Source: Terrimicrobiaceae bacterium (GTDB lineage Bacteria; Verrucomicrobiota; Verrucomicrobiia; Chthoniobacterales; Terrimicrobiaceae). Taken from it: a stretch of DNA of 45,486 nt. The DNA lies in contig JBGSVZ010000109.1 in the NCBI GenBank assembly GCA_041752695.1, forward strand, positions 1 through 45,486, given 5' to 3'. Positions within the stretch are counted from its first letter, which is position 1. Each line of letters opens with the position of its first letter. The notes beneath the pieces are model-generated. The model saw only the letters and a program-made list of their open reading frames with translations, had not been told where the DNA came from and searched no databases. The position numbers were made by a program, and so were the translations under genes. Below, piece after piece: positions 29,124 through 38,133 of this stretch.

Positions 29124-31760
29124 ATGGACAATTCACGACCTCAAACGAGAGCGGAGCAACGGCGACTCGCCGAAGAAAAATTGTGCACCGATGACAACGG
29201 TCTCTGGCGCAAATGGGGGCCTTATTTGAGCGAGCGTCAGTGGGGCACGGTGCGGGAAGATTACAGCGCGGACGGGAACGCCTGGGACTATTTCCCGCAC
29301 GAACAAGCGAGGGCCCGGGCCTACCGGTGGGGTGAGGATGGGATCGCAGGATACAGCGACAATCATCAACGCCTCTGCCTGTCCCTCTCCCTTTGGAATG
29401 GCAAAGACCGGATCCTCAAGGAACGTCTCTTCGGTGTGACCAACAGCGAGGGCAATCACGGGGAGGACTGCAAGGAATTGTATTATTACCTCGATGCCAC
29501 CCCGTCGCACTCGTGGCTGAAAATGCTCTACAAATATCCCCAGCGGGCATTTCCCTACGAAGACCTTTTGGCGAAAAACCGGGAGCGCGGAAAAGACCAA
29601 CTCGAATACGAGCTCCTCGACACCGGTTTGTTTGCAGACGATCGGTATTTTGATGTCTTTGTCGAATACGCAAAGGCCAGCCCGCATGCCGTGAACATGT
29701 TGATCACGGTGTGGAACCGCGGCCCGGAGGACGCGGAGGTCTTTTTGCTGCCGCAGCTTTGGTTTCGCAATTTCTGGACATGGCGCACGAACGCCCGGCG
29801 ACCGGAAGCCCGTTTGACCGATTCCGGATTTGTGCGCGCGACCCATCCACGGGTGGGGGAGTATGAATTTCATGTCGAAGGGGTCGACCATTGGCTTTTT
29901 TCCGAAAACGAAACCAATCCCCGTATCTTTGGGAATCCGGCCCCCGGCTTTTACAAAGATGCCTTTCACGAAGCTGTGGTGGAGGGAAATCCTGCGGCGG
30001 TGAATCCCGCCCAGATCGGCACCAAGGTCATGGCGAGGTGTCGCCGGGTCGTTCCCGCCGGAGGATCAGTGCGCTTGCGGGTTTGTTTGCGGCCCCCCTC
30101 GGAGGATAACCCCTTTGCGTCCTTTGACGAGCTCATCGAACTGCGCCGGACGGAGGCCGATGAGTTTTATGGTGGGGTGCAGGCTGGATTGGCGTCGGAG
30201 GATGCCCGCCTAGTGCAGCGTCAGGCCTATGCCGGGTTGATCTGGAGCAAGCAGTTTTATTATTATGATCTGCCGGAATGGCTAAGAGGCGACCCCACCC
30301 AGCCGCCCCCTCCCGACCAACGCTGGCATGGACGCAATGCCGAGTGGCGGCATCTGAACAACGCCGACATCATCTCGATGCCCGACAAATGGGAGTATCC
30401 CTGGTATGCCGCCTGGGATCTGGCTTTTCACGCCGTGGCCTTCGCGGGAGTGGATCCCGAGTTTGCCAAGTCGCAGCTCCTGCTCATGACCCGGGAATGG
30501 TACATGCATCCCAACGGCCAGTTGCCGGCTTATGAGTGGGCCTTTGGGGACGTCAATCCCCCCGTCCATGCCTGGGCTTCGTTGAAGGTTTTCCTGATGG
30601 ACCGGACGCAGACCGGGGTCGGAGATCTGGCTTTTCTCGAGCGTGTCTTCCATAAGCTGATGCTCAATTTCACCTGGTGGGTGAACCGCAAGGATGCCCA
30701 GGGTCGGAATATTTTCCAAGGCGGCTTTCTTGGCCTCGACAACATTGGCGTTTTTGACCGGAGCAAACCGTTGCCGACGGGCGGCTTCATCAATCAGGCG
30801 GATGGCACCAGCTGGATGGCGATGTATTCGCTCAACCTGATGCGCATCGCGCTGGAACTTGCTCAGCACAACACGGTCTATGAGGACATTGCGACGAAGT
30901 TTTTTGAGCATTTCCTCCATATCGCGGAGGCGATGAACAACATCGGGGAATGCGGAATCGGACTTTGGGACGAAGAGGATGAATTTTATTACGACGTTCT
31001 GAATTTGCCCGATGGACGTCTGATGCCCCTGAAGGTTCGGTCCATGGTGGGATTAATTCCGCTTTTTGCCGTCGAGGTCCTGGAGCGCGAACTGCTGGAA
31101 AAGGTGCCCGAGTTTACCAAAAGACTACGCTGGTTGCTGAAAAATCGCCCCGATCTGGCAAGGCTGGTTTCCCGCTGGGATGAGTCCGGCAAGAACGAGC
31201 GGCATCTTTTGTCCCTTCTCCGGGGCAGCCGGATGAAACGTCTGCTCCGCCGGATGCTCGATGAAACCGAGTTCCTTTCCGACTATGGAGTTCGCGCCTT
31301 ATCCAAGGAGCACGAAACGCACCCCTACGTCTTCCCATGCAGCGGGATGAAGCTGGGCGTTGCCTATCAGCCGGCGGAGTCGGACTCCGGCCTGTTCGGC
31401 GGGAACTCCAACTGGCGCGGGCCGATTTGGCTGCCGGTCAACTTCCTCTTGGTGGATTCCTTGCGTGAGTTTCACACCTATTACGGGGACGAGTTCAAAA
31501 TCGAATGCCCCACCGGATCCGGCAATTTTGTCACCATTGCGGAAGCGGCGGGAGAGCTGTCCCGCCGACTGGCGGCGCTTTTTCTCCGCGGAGCTGACGG
31601 CTGCAGGCCCGTTTTCAACCACTGTGAAAAGATGCAAAACGATCCGCATTTTCGCGATTATCTTTTGTTTTATGAATATTTTCACGGCGATACCGGCCGT
31701 GGCGTGGGGGCCTCTCATCAGACCGGTTGGACGGCCTTGGTGGCAAATCTTCTTGGGTAA
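29124..31760 (+). CDS. GH63 / MGH1-like glucosidase
   Basis: WGPYLSERQWGTVREDYS, SMPDKWEYPWYAAWDLAFH, GGFLGLDNIG, NSNWRGPIW and EYFHGDTGRGVGASHQTGWT motifs. Confidence 0.93.
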   Translation: MDNSRPQTRAEQRRLAEEKLCTDDNGLWRKWGPYLSERQWGTVREDYSADGNAWDYFPHEQARARAYRWGEDGIAGYSDNHQRLCLSLSLWNGKDRILKERLFGVTNSEGNHGEDCKELYYYLDATPSHSWLKMLYKYPQRAFPYEDLLAKNRERGKDQLEYELLDTGLFADDRYFDVFVEYAKASPHAVNMLITVWNRGPEDAEVFLLPQLWFRNFWTWRTNARRPEARLTDSGFVRATHPRVGEYEFHVEGVDHWLFSENETNPRIFGNPAPGFYKDAFHEAVVEGNPAAVNPAQIGTKVMARCRRVVPAGGSVRLRVCLRPPSEDNPFASFDELIELRRTEADEFYGGVQAGLASEDARLVQRQAYAGLIWSKQFYYYDLPEWLRGDPTQPPPPDQRWHGRNAEWRHLNNADIISMPDKWEYPWYAAWDLAFHAVAFAGVDPEFAKSQLLLMTREWYMHPNGQLPAYEWAFGDVNPPVHAWASLKVFLMDRTQTGVGDLAFLERVFHKLMLNFTWWVNRKDAQGRNIFQGGFLGLDNIGVFDRSKPLPTGGFINQADGTSWMAMYSLNLMRIALELAQHNTVYEDIATKFFEHFLHIAEAMNNIGECGIGLWDEEDEFYYDVLNLPDGRLMPLKVRSMVGLIPLFAVEVLERELLEKVPEFTKRLRWLLKNRPDLARLVSRWDESGKNERHLLSLLRGSRMKRLLRRMLDETEFLSDYGVRALSKEHETHPYVFPCSGMKLGVAYQPAESDSGLFGGNSNWRGPIWLPVNFLLVDSLREFHTYYGDEFKIECPTGSGNFVTIAEAAGELSRRLAALFLRGADGCRPVFNHCEKMQNDPHFRDYLLFYEYFHGDTGRGVGASHQTGWTALVANLLG

Positions 31761-31988
31761 TCGGTGGGGGGAAACCAAGCGGGCATTTTAAGGGATAGGC
31801 GTCGCTACCCTTCTGACCGGTCCAGCTTTTTCCACCATGAAATTCAAGCAACCAAACGGTCCCAGTAACCTTGCGACAAAATCGTGCGGGAAATCCCTTG
31901 GCGAAATATCCCGCCAGCGGCGAGAGTAACCATGCACTGGGGGGATTCTCCGACCGGTGCCCTTCACATGCGCTCTTCGCCCTCGGGG

Positions 31989-32053
31989 TGCCGGCGGTCA
32001 TTTCCCCGGTGCACTCTCAAGTGACCGCTTACGGTGCACTTTGGGTGACCGCC
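31989..32053. mobile_element. IS21-family-like terminus with repeated transposase-binding sites
   Basis: Starts TG, then two direct copies of CGGTGCACT(N4-5)GTGACCGC (32007-32028, 32032-32052) and an inverted GGCGGTCA/TGACCGCC; lies 300 nt from an istB fragment. Confidence 0.55.
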
Positions 32054-32351
32054 GAAAGATAGACCTGCTGGATTATAGCATAACCGTCAGAACGCGGAGT
32101 TCTGACCCTTCCAAGCTTTATGCAGCGGCGGCGTAGGGTTTCCGGGAGGAGGTGCAGGCCTTAGCTCAGTTCTCTGGGGTGAGTTTGGGGATGGTCCAGT
32201 TGATAGCCAAAGTAGCGCCCCGCTCTTGAGCTCCTCTTCCAGCACCTGCTCCACCTTGGCCGTCCCATAGCGCACCCGGAACTTCAATCACCGGTTCGTC
32301 ACGCTCTCGTTTTCGCATCTGAACCTAGGCCATCATCGTCGGATACTTCAC

Positions 32352-32622
32352 GTCATCCGCGCCCGGTTCCTCGTGCTCTATCGCAGCGTCTTCGACCTCG
32401 TGCGCGATCATCGCCACCGAGGCCACCGAAAGCGGCGTTGCACGCCTCCTGACCCGCTACCTCAAGGCCGACCTCCTCATCATCGACGACATCGGCCTCA
32501 AAACCCTCCCGCCCAAAAGCGGCGAGATCCTCTTGGAAGTCATCATGCGCCTTTACGAAAACCGCTCCACCCTCATGACCTCCAACCGCCCCATCGAAGA
32601 ATGGGGCAAGCTTCTTTGCGAC
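32352..32622 (+). pseudogene. istB: IS21-family IstB helper ATPase fragment (frameshifted, truncated)
   Basis: VIRARFLVLYRSVFDLVRD, a frameshift, then YLKADLLIIDDIGL…LLEVIMRLYENRSTLMTSNRPIEEWGKLL (Walker B and TSN motif). Confidence 0.8.
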
Positions 32623-32801
32623 GTAACCGATGCCAACGAACAGGAACGAGCCCAGGAGGGCGAACTGGTCGAGGCCGTTCAAAAGTGACGGGAAACAACA
32701 TCAAAATCGCTTTTGTCGATCAAGGTTACACCGGAGCAGACCCTGTAGAAGCTGCAGCCGAGCAGGGCGTGCAACTTGAGGTCATCAAACTTCAGGAGGC
32801 C
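32623..32801 (+). pseudogene. IS5-family transposase internal fragment
   Basis: VTDANEQERAQ…AVQ, a frameshift, then VTGNNIKIAFVDQGYTG…GVQLEVIKL. DQGYTG is typical of IS5-family DDE domains. Confidence 0.75.
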
Positions 32802-33154
32802 AGCATCTGGACACATCCACGCTGCCAGCCCGAACCTGACCCCTTGATTGCGGCATTTGCCGAGGAACTCCACAAGGCCGTCACGGGGACGGATTCGGCG
32901 GCTCACTTGGTTGCCCAACGTCGGATTCCATTCCTTTTGACGTTAAAATGCTTCCTCGTGAGATTGCTCGTCGGGGGTTTTTGCGATGTGTTGGGGGAGC
33001 CAGTGGATGCGGATGGCTTCATACCCGCGAGCCACGAGCCCCGCCAGGCAGGCGTCCCAGTCCTAAAATGGACGCCGGGGTAATGCATCTGCAGCCAGCT
33101 AAAATTCCACATTGCCATGGTAAGAGGGGATCCGTTTTGGGGAAGCAATATCAT
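32802..33154 (-). pseudogene. Cellulase-like (TIM-barrel) family gene remnant
   Basis: PLTMAMWNFSWLQMHYPG, a frameshift, DWDACLAGLVARGYEAIRIH, a stop, then RPRDGLVEFLGKCRNQGVRFGLAAW; cut off at the IS5 fragment. Confidence 0.65.
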
Positions 33155-33219
33155 GGTGGTAGTTGGATCACTGGTTTCAGCATTTGGACGATGCCCTGTT
33201 CTTTCATCAAGTGTGTCAG

Positions 33220-34551
33220 TCACTCCCATTCAATGCGGATAGACTGGCGGCTGGCCGAAGTCGTGTTCCAGCATCTTAACGGTTGAAGCGAAGAATAGGC
33301 AATCGCACCTCCGTTCACCGTCACGCTAACCCCCCGCAGGTTGCCGGGAATAAAGATCTCGGTGGGTGCCTGGGTGGAGACGGGATCGAAGGAGATTTCA
33401 AACGAGGTGCCCCCGCGCGAGATTTTAAGATTTTTCCCGGCCACCCGCTGGGCATAGACTTGAACGAGAGCATCCAAGGCGGGACCGGGTGCTCCCTGCT
33501 TGTCCAATAAGCCGAAGCTATTACGATCGTAAGACCAGTAAGCCCAGCCGATGCCATGCTCTTCGAGCAGCCGCGTGAAGTCGTCGAGAGACTTTCGAAA
33601 CCCGGGAATGGACGGCTGCAAACCGAACTCGCCCGCGAAAAGCGGCACTCCCATGCGGGATGCCTCGCCGATCCGCACTCGCACGGTCCACCACATCCAT
33701 GCATAGTTGAACCAACGATACGCCCAGCCTGCGTCGCAGAGAGGATCGTAATAGTGGAAAGCATAGACGCTCTCCGGGCCGGGGGCGGCTCTCAATCCGC
33801 TCCGGAATCCCGCATTGGTCGGCAGCATGGGCGCGAAGAAAAGCGGAACACGAAAACCTTGTTCCCGTCGCATGGTTTCAACCTTTGCATAAAACGCCGA
33901 GAGCGGCCCACGCTCGAATCCGAATCCCCGCCACGGCCATGGCTCGTTGATGATATCAATGCCAATGACGTTTGTCCGCTTGTCCACAAGTTCCATCACC
34001 GTCTTGATCGCGTTCACGTAATCGCGCTGCAGAGCGGGATCGCGCCAGAAGTGATCGTAAGAATTCCTCACCGCCGGTTCGAAGTAATTCCAAACCCAAG
34101 GCGTGCGCTTGGCAAACGGAACGCCGCCATCATGGACAGCCCATCCGGGAAAGCCGTTGCCGCCAAAGCGGCTTGTGAACAGGTCCTGATGGAAATCAAT
34201 GACGACATCGATCCCGAGTTCCGCGAGCCAGTCGATGCGCTCCACCGTCTTCCGAAGGTTGTCTTCGTTGATGTGCCCCGGCGTGGGCTCGATGGCCTCC
34301 CAAAAGACGAGATAGCGAACCATATTGAATCCCCATTCTTTGAGCCGGGCAAAATCCTCACGCTTCCAGGTGGAAACAAAATCCGGATTTGATTTGGCGT
34401 GGTTGGCCACGTTCAATCCATGGTAAATGACGATGCGGCCTTTGGGATCAATCAATGGCCGCACGCTCCCGGGGGGTCAGAGCTCCCGAATGATTGCCAA
34501 AGCAATCAGAATGATCCCGGCAATCAACCCGAAGCGCAAAATCCTTCTCAC
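33220..34551 (-). CDS. GH5 endoglycoceramidase-like glycoside hydrolase, with an in-frame TGA just after its N-terminal signal/anchor
   Basis: HGLNV, W.AIEP.PG, DFHQD, acid/base INEP, FHYY, nucleophile GEFG and GWAYW. The in-frame upstream hydrophobic segment VRRILRFGLIAGIILIALAIIREL ends in TGA at 34479-34477. The catalytic part, 33220-34464, is intact. Confidence 0.82.
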
Positions 34552-34574
34552 GCCGCCGACCTTGGCTGCGGAGC

Positions 34575-34830
34575 TGCTGGGAGGAGCGGGACATATCCGA
34601 CGACATGCTTTGCGGTGAAGACGGCCCACTTCATCCCGGCATCGCGGGCGACCCCAGTTCATTGACCCACGTCGAGCTCGTCCGGAGCATACACCGCCGC
34701 AGGGAGATCTCCCTTGGAGAGTTCCTGCCCGTCAAACGTGCTCGTTCCGAAATGAATGAACATGCCAAACTTCAAGGACTCCCACTGACGGAGATGATCC
34801 AGGCTGGGGTGTTGGGCGCCCGTGTCGTCA
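34575..34830 (-). pseudogene. Alpha-L-fucosidase (GH29) N-terminal fragment
   Basis: LRQWESLKFGMFIHFG…LDVGQ*TGVARDAGMKWAVFTAKH, with an internal TGA where GH29 has Trp; truncated afterwards. Confidence 0.8.
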
Positions 34831-34849
34831 ACATTTCCAGTGGTATAGC

Positions 34850-35209
34850 CGTTGACGCCTTCGGAAACCTGTTCAAAAGTCGCCCCGTCTCGCCGCCAGG
34901 TTGCCGTTGTACCCAGGAGTCGCGGGATGAGCTTGCGGCAGGCCCGGGCACTCTGGTGTTTGAGGCGCAGCAGATCCCAGAGCTCGATCATCTTCTCGTA
35001 GATCGGGACCCCACCGCCGCAGTCCGATCAATAACCGGCTCGGTCGCCCGAAGGTGTCCAGATGCCGCGCCTGCCGCTCCATCTCAACGGTCACGATCTC
35101 TTCTTTGTCGCTTTCGCTACCCATCACTCGGTAGCCTTTTATTCCGATACACACTGGGGTCATGTTGGTCGTTCTCCGACCTCATGTCCCCACTTTTTGA
35201 TCAAGAGCC
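34850..35209 (-). mobile_element. ISL3-family remnant (left end plus decayed transposase N-terminus)
   Basis: The minus strand begins GGCTCTTGATC at 35209, and GGCTCT is a typical ISL3 terminus. It is followed by a broken ORF starting MTPVCIGIKGYRVMG. Confidence 0.5.
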
Positions 35210-35480
35210 CTGATCAACTCGAAAGCGCGCCACCGCACCCATGATCTCTTTCAATGACCGCGTGAACGCCGCGGGGGCGAGTTCAATGCCATCAGGCTGA
35301 TTTTTTTGCTGGCCCACCCCAAAATGTCGGTTTCTCAATGCCTGCCTGGTTTCAGTTTCCTCGCGAAATCCCAGCCGTACAGTTAGATGGGGAGTGACGC
35401 ATTCGTCGTAACGACTCTCCCTTGCGATTCTAGAGAATCCTTTTCGGAGCGGGCTGGAACGGGAATGGCGTGAAAACGAA

Positions 35481-35513
35481 TTGACTTTAGGGCAAATAAT
35501 GGTATTGCACCAT
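35481..35513 (+). promoter_or_regulatory. Putative sigma70 promoter with an overlapping palindromic operator
   Basis: TTGACT-N16-TATTGC, with the palindrome ATGGTATTGCACCAT (35499-35513) covering the -10. Confidence 0.55.
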
Positions 35514-35515
35514 AC

Positions 35516-36655
35516 GTGAGACATTTCCCTTTTTCCCCCCAAACGCTTGTTCGTGGTAGCGTCAGCAACGCAGTCAAGTGCTCACGGTGGTTAGTCGGTT
35601 CCCCCATTTTCATTTTTAGAGAAAACCACACACGGGCAAAAATCGCTTGTGCAACGTTCATCGTTTCTTTTGCCTGCCTCCAACTCGTATCCGCGCAGGC
35701 CAGCATGGAAGTGAAGCCGACTCCGCCCGCGGAGCGAAAGGTGGGAATCGCTTACGGTCTGTGGATGGATCGAGGACAGTGGGAAGGCGATCATTGTTGG
35801 GGGAGTCCGACGCTTGGAAAGTATGACTCGCGAGACCGGGAGGTCATCCGAAAGCACGCGGAATGGCTCACCGATGCGGGAGTGGATTTTGTCTGGCTGG
35901 ATTGGTCAAATAACATCAACTACGATCCGTCGAAGCCATGGAGCGGCGGTCGACAGGATCTGATTGAGGAGGCCACGGGCATTCTTTTTGAGGAGTACGC
36001 CAAGCTGGAGAATAAACCCAAGATCAGCATTTTCATCGGCGTGACCCTTGCTCCCGAGGCTCTGAAAGACGGGCGCCTCCAGAAAAAGGCCGACCAGATT
36101 TACGACATGTATGTGGCCAATCCTCGCTATCGGCCGCTCCTGCAAGAACACGAGGGGAAGCCGTTGCTGGTGGTCTATGTGAACACTCCTACGCCCTGGC
36201 CACGTGAAAAGCCCGATTGGGACGATAGCCGCTTTACCGTTCGCTGGATGACGGGCTACGTGTCCGAGCAGAAATCCCTGATCAATAATGACGAGGAGCG
36301 GATCAGCAAGTATGGGTATTGGTCTTGGGAAGACCGCGGCCAGCAGACCTACGCGGTCCATAACGGGCGTGCCGAGGCGATGGTGATTTGTGCGGCAACG
36401 CGCGAACAGAAGGGGAGGGACGGGTGGAATTTCATTCCTGCGAAGGGGCGTCGCAACGGGGAGACCTTCAAGGAACAATGGGCTTACGCCGACAAGATCG
36501 GACCGGAATTCGCCATGGTCGTATCCTGGAACGAATGGATTCGAGGAGAGCAGCCTTCGGCCGAAGTGAGTAAGGATATCGAGCCATCCAAGGAGTTTGG
36601 GGATTTCTACCTGAAGCTGATGAAGGAAGAGATCGCGAAGTTCAAGGGGCGATAA
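35516..36655 (+). CDS. GH99/GH71-like glycoside hydrolase, probably secreted; start uncertain
   Basis: WGSPTLGKYDS.D..VI..HAEWL.DAGVDF..LDW, GKPLLVVY and SWNEW…DIEPS..FGD.YL. The signal-like segment IACATFIVSFACLQLVSAQA has no nearby ATG; candidates are GTG 35516 and ATG 35705. Confidence 0.75.
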   Translation: MRHFPFSPQTLVRGSVSNAVKCSRWLVGSPIFIFRENHTRAKIACATFIVSFACLQLVSAQASMEVKPTPPAERKVGIAYGLWMDRGQWEGDHCWGSPTLGKYDSRDREVIRKHAEWLTDAGVDFVWLDWSNNINYDPSKPWSGGRQDLIEEATGILFEEYAKLENKPKISIFIGVTLAPEALKDGRLQKKADQIYDMYVANPRYRPLLQEHEGKPLLVVYVNTPTPWPREKPDWDDSRFTVRWMTGYVSEQKSLINNDEERISKYGYWSWEDRGQQTYAVHNGRAEAMVICAATREQKGRDGWNFIPAKGRRNGETFKEQWAYADKIGPEFAMVVSWNEWIRGEQPSAEVSKDIEPSKEFGDFYLKLMKEEIAKFKGR

Positions 36656-36844
36656 TCGTGTCTTCAAGATGGCGTGGACGTACTTCGCCAGTTCGATGGG
36701 ATAGGGGTGGGAGAGCTCTGTTTTCGGTTTGCTTCGGGGGACCAATATGAACGTTTGCGGGAATGGGCCGCGACGAACGGGCGGTCGGTCCTATCGCAAG
36801 AAATCTTGTTTTTGCCACCTGTCGTGCCAAGCTGTCCCTTCGGG

Positions 36845-37942
36845 ATGCAAACGGAGAAGCACAAGCACCAAAGAATTTTTCAGGATCTCGTTCAGGAAAT
36901 CCACCAAGGAGCCTATCGGAAAAACAATCAACTTCCCTCCGAGAGAACCTTGGCCGAGAAGTATGGCGTGGCAAGGGGCACTGCCCGGAGGGCACTATCG
37001 GACATTGCGGCATTGGGGCTGGCGGTCCGGAGGGGCCGGAAAGGAACAATTACCTTGCCCGGTTCGGACCATAGCCGGGAGGAAACACTGAACCTTGTCT
37101 GCACCGCGGAGCCTCTGGCGGATGTTGCTGAATTCCTGCGTCTCGGAGTGCAGATAGCTGGGGAGAAGCGCTGGCGGGTCAAAATCACCCGAATCACCAG
37201 TAACGATGAAGCAGCCGCATGGCAATCGTTGGCCCTCGAGAGTCGGCATCTGATCCTGGCAGAAGGTTTCGAAGTGGGGTTCGGAGAAAAAATTCTCAAG
37301 GCCCTTTCGAAAGCCGCTGCTCGTTCGGTCGTGCTTGCCACGCGGCTGGACGATCAGGGTATTCCTTCGATCGTCTGTGACGATCGGCTGGGTATGGAAA
37401 TGGCAATCAGCCATTTGAAGAAGCGAGGTCATCGTAAAATCGCCCTCGTCGTTGGGGGCGAAACGATGGAGCATCCGGTGCTAGCGTTGATGGTGCGGGA
37501 ATGGAAAGAGCAACTGCGGACATGCATGACGATTCGTGAATTTCAGGAATGTCTCATCCGTGTGGAGCATGCGCCTTTTCAAGATCTTGCCGTGCAATGC
37601 CGCGACGTAGTTTCCGGTTTTCTTGGCAAGCCGGCATTTCAGAATGTGACGGCCTTCCTGTGTCTTCGTGACGAATTTGCGGTCGGCACGGCGGCCGCCT
37701 GCCGCAAGGCCAAACTTAAGATTCCGGGTGACATTTCCATCTTGTGCTATGGCATCACCGAGCGATCGGATTTGCGTGAGACGCCCTTCACTGGCATCTC
37801 GGTGCAAATCGACAGTCACGTCATCACGGCGATTAACATTGTCGAGGAGTCTCTGAAGCGTGGAACTCCCCGGACGTTGTTAACTCAAATAAAGCCTCTT
37901 TTCATCGAGGGAGCCAGCGTAGGCCCTGCCGCGGGAAAGTGA
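36845..37942 (+). CDS. GntR-HTH plus LacI/periplasmic-binding-fold transcriptional regulator (AraR-like architecture)
   Basis: LPSERTLAEKYGVARGTARRAL, then DDRLG…HLKKRGHRKIA, D.FAVG and IPGDISI. Confidence 0.9.
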   Translation: MQTEKHKHQRIFQDLVQEIHQGAYRKNNQLPSERTLAEKYGVARGTARRALSDIAALGLAVRRGRKGTITLPGSDHSREETLNLVCTAEPLADVAEFLRLGVQIAGEKRWRVKITRITSNDEAAAWQSLALESRHLILAEGFEVGFGEKILKALSKAAARSVVLATRLDDQGIPSIVCDDRLGMEMAISHLKKRGHRKIALVVGGETMEHPVLALMVREWKEQLRTCMTIREFQECLIRVEHAPFQDLAVQCRDVVSGFLGKPAFQNVTAFLCLRDEFAVGTAAACRKAKLKIPGDISILCYGITERSDLRETPFTGISVQIDSHVITAINIVEESLKRGTPRTLLTQIKPLFIEGASVGPAAGK

Positions 37943-38098
37943 AATTCCTCCGGGCCTGCCTTCGGGATTAAGGCTGTCGGTTGAGTTTCACCAATTTTCA
38001 AGGGCGACGTGTGTTTGAGGGGAGGTGTCGTTGTCTCGTTTCAAGGGCTCAGGGCTCCGTTTTCTTCGAATGTGAGTCGAAAGATTCCATCTTTTCGC

Positions 38099-38122
38099 TT
38101 GAAAGAAATGGAGTAAGACCAT
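38099..38122 (+). promoter_or_regulatory. Putative operator / promoter upstream of the GH106-MFS-sulfatase operon
   Basis: TTGAAA (38099-38104) followed by the palindrome ATGGAGTAAGACCAT (38108-38122). Confidence 0.5.
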
Positions 38123-38133
38123 AACTCGAAAGA

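Noticed and set aside
32087..32287. 66-aa ORF as an IstA C-terminal fragment
   Set aside because: The resemblance is vague and it lies on the opposite strand to the istB piece; not supportable.
31761..32350. tRNA or structured ncRNA at the island border
   Set aside because: No cloverleaf, T-loop/CCA or riboswitch consensus was recognisable by eye; an Infernal/Rfam scan would be needed to exclude one.
32373..33083. 236-aa ORF as a real gene
   Set aside because: It is a chance read-through across the istB, IS5 and antisense cellulase-like fragments.
34477..34661. TGA reassigned to Trp or selenocysteine
   Set aside because: TGA ends many genes here (atpB, atpF, atpC, GH106-like), Trp is TGG nearby, and the region is full of other decay lesions.
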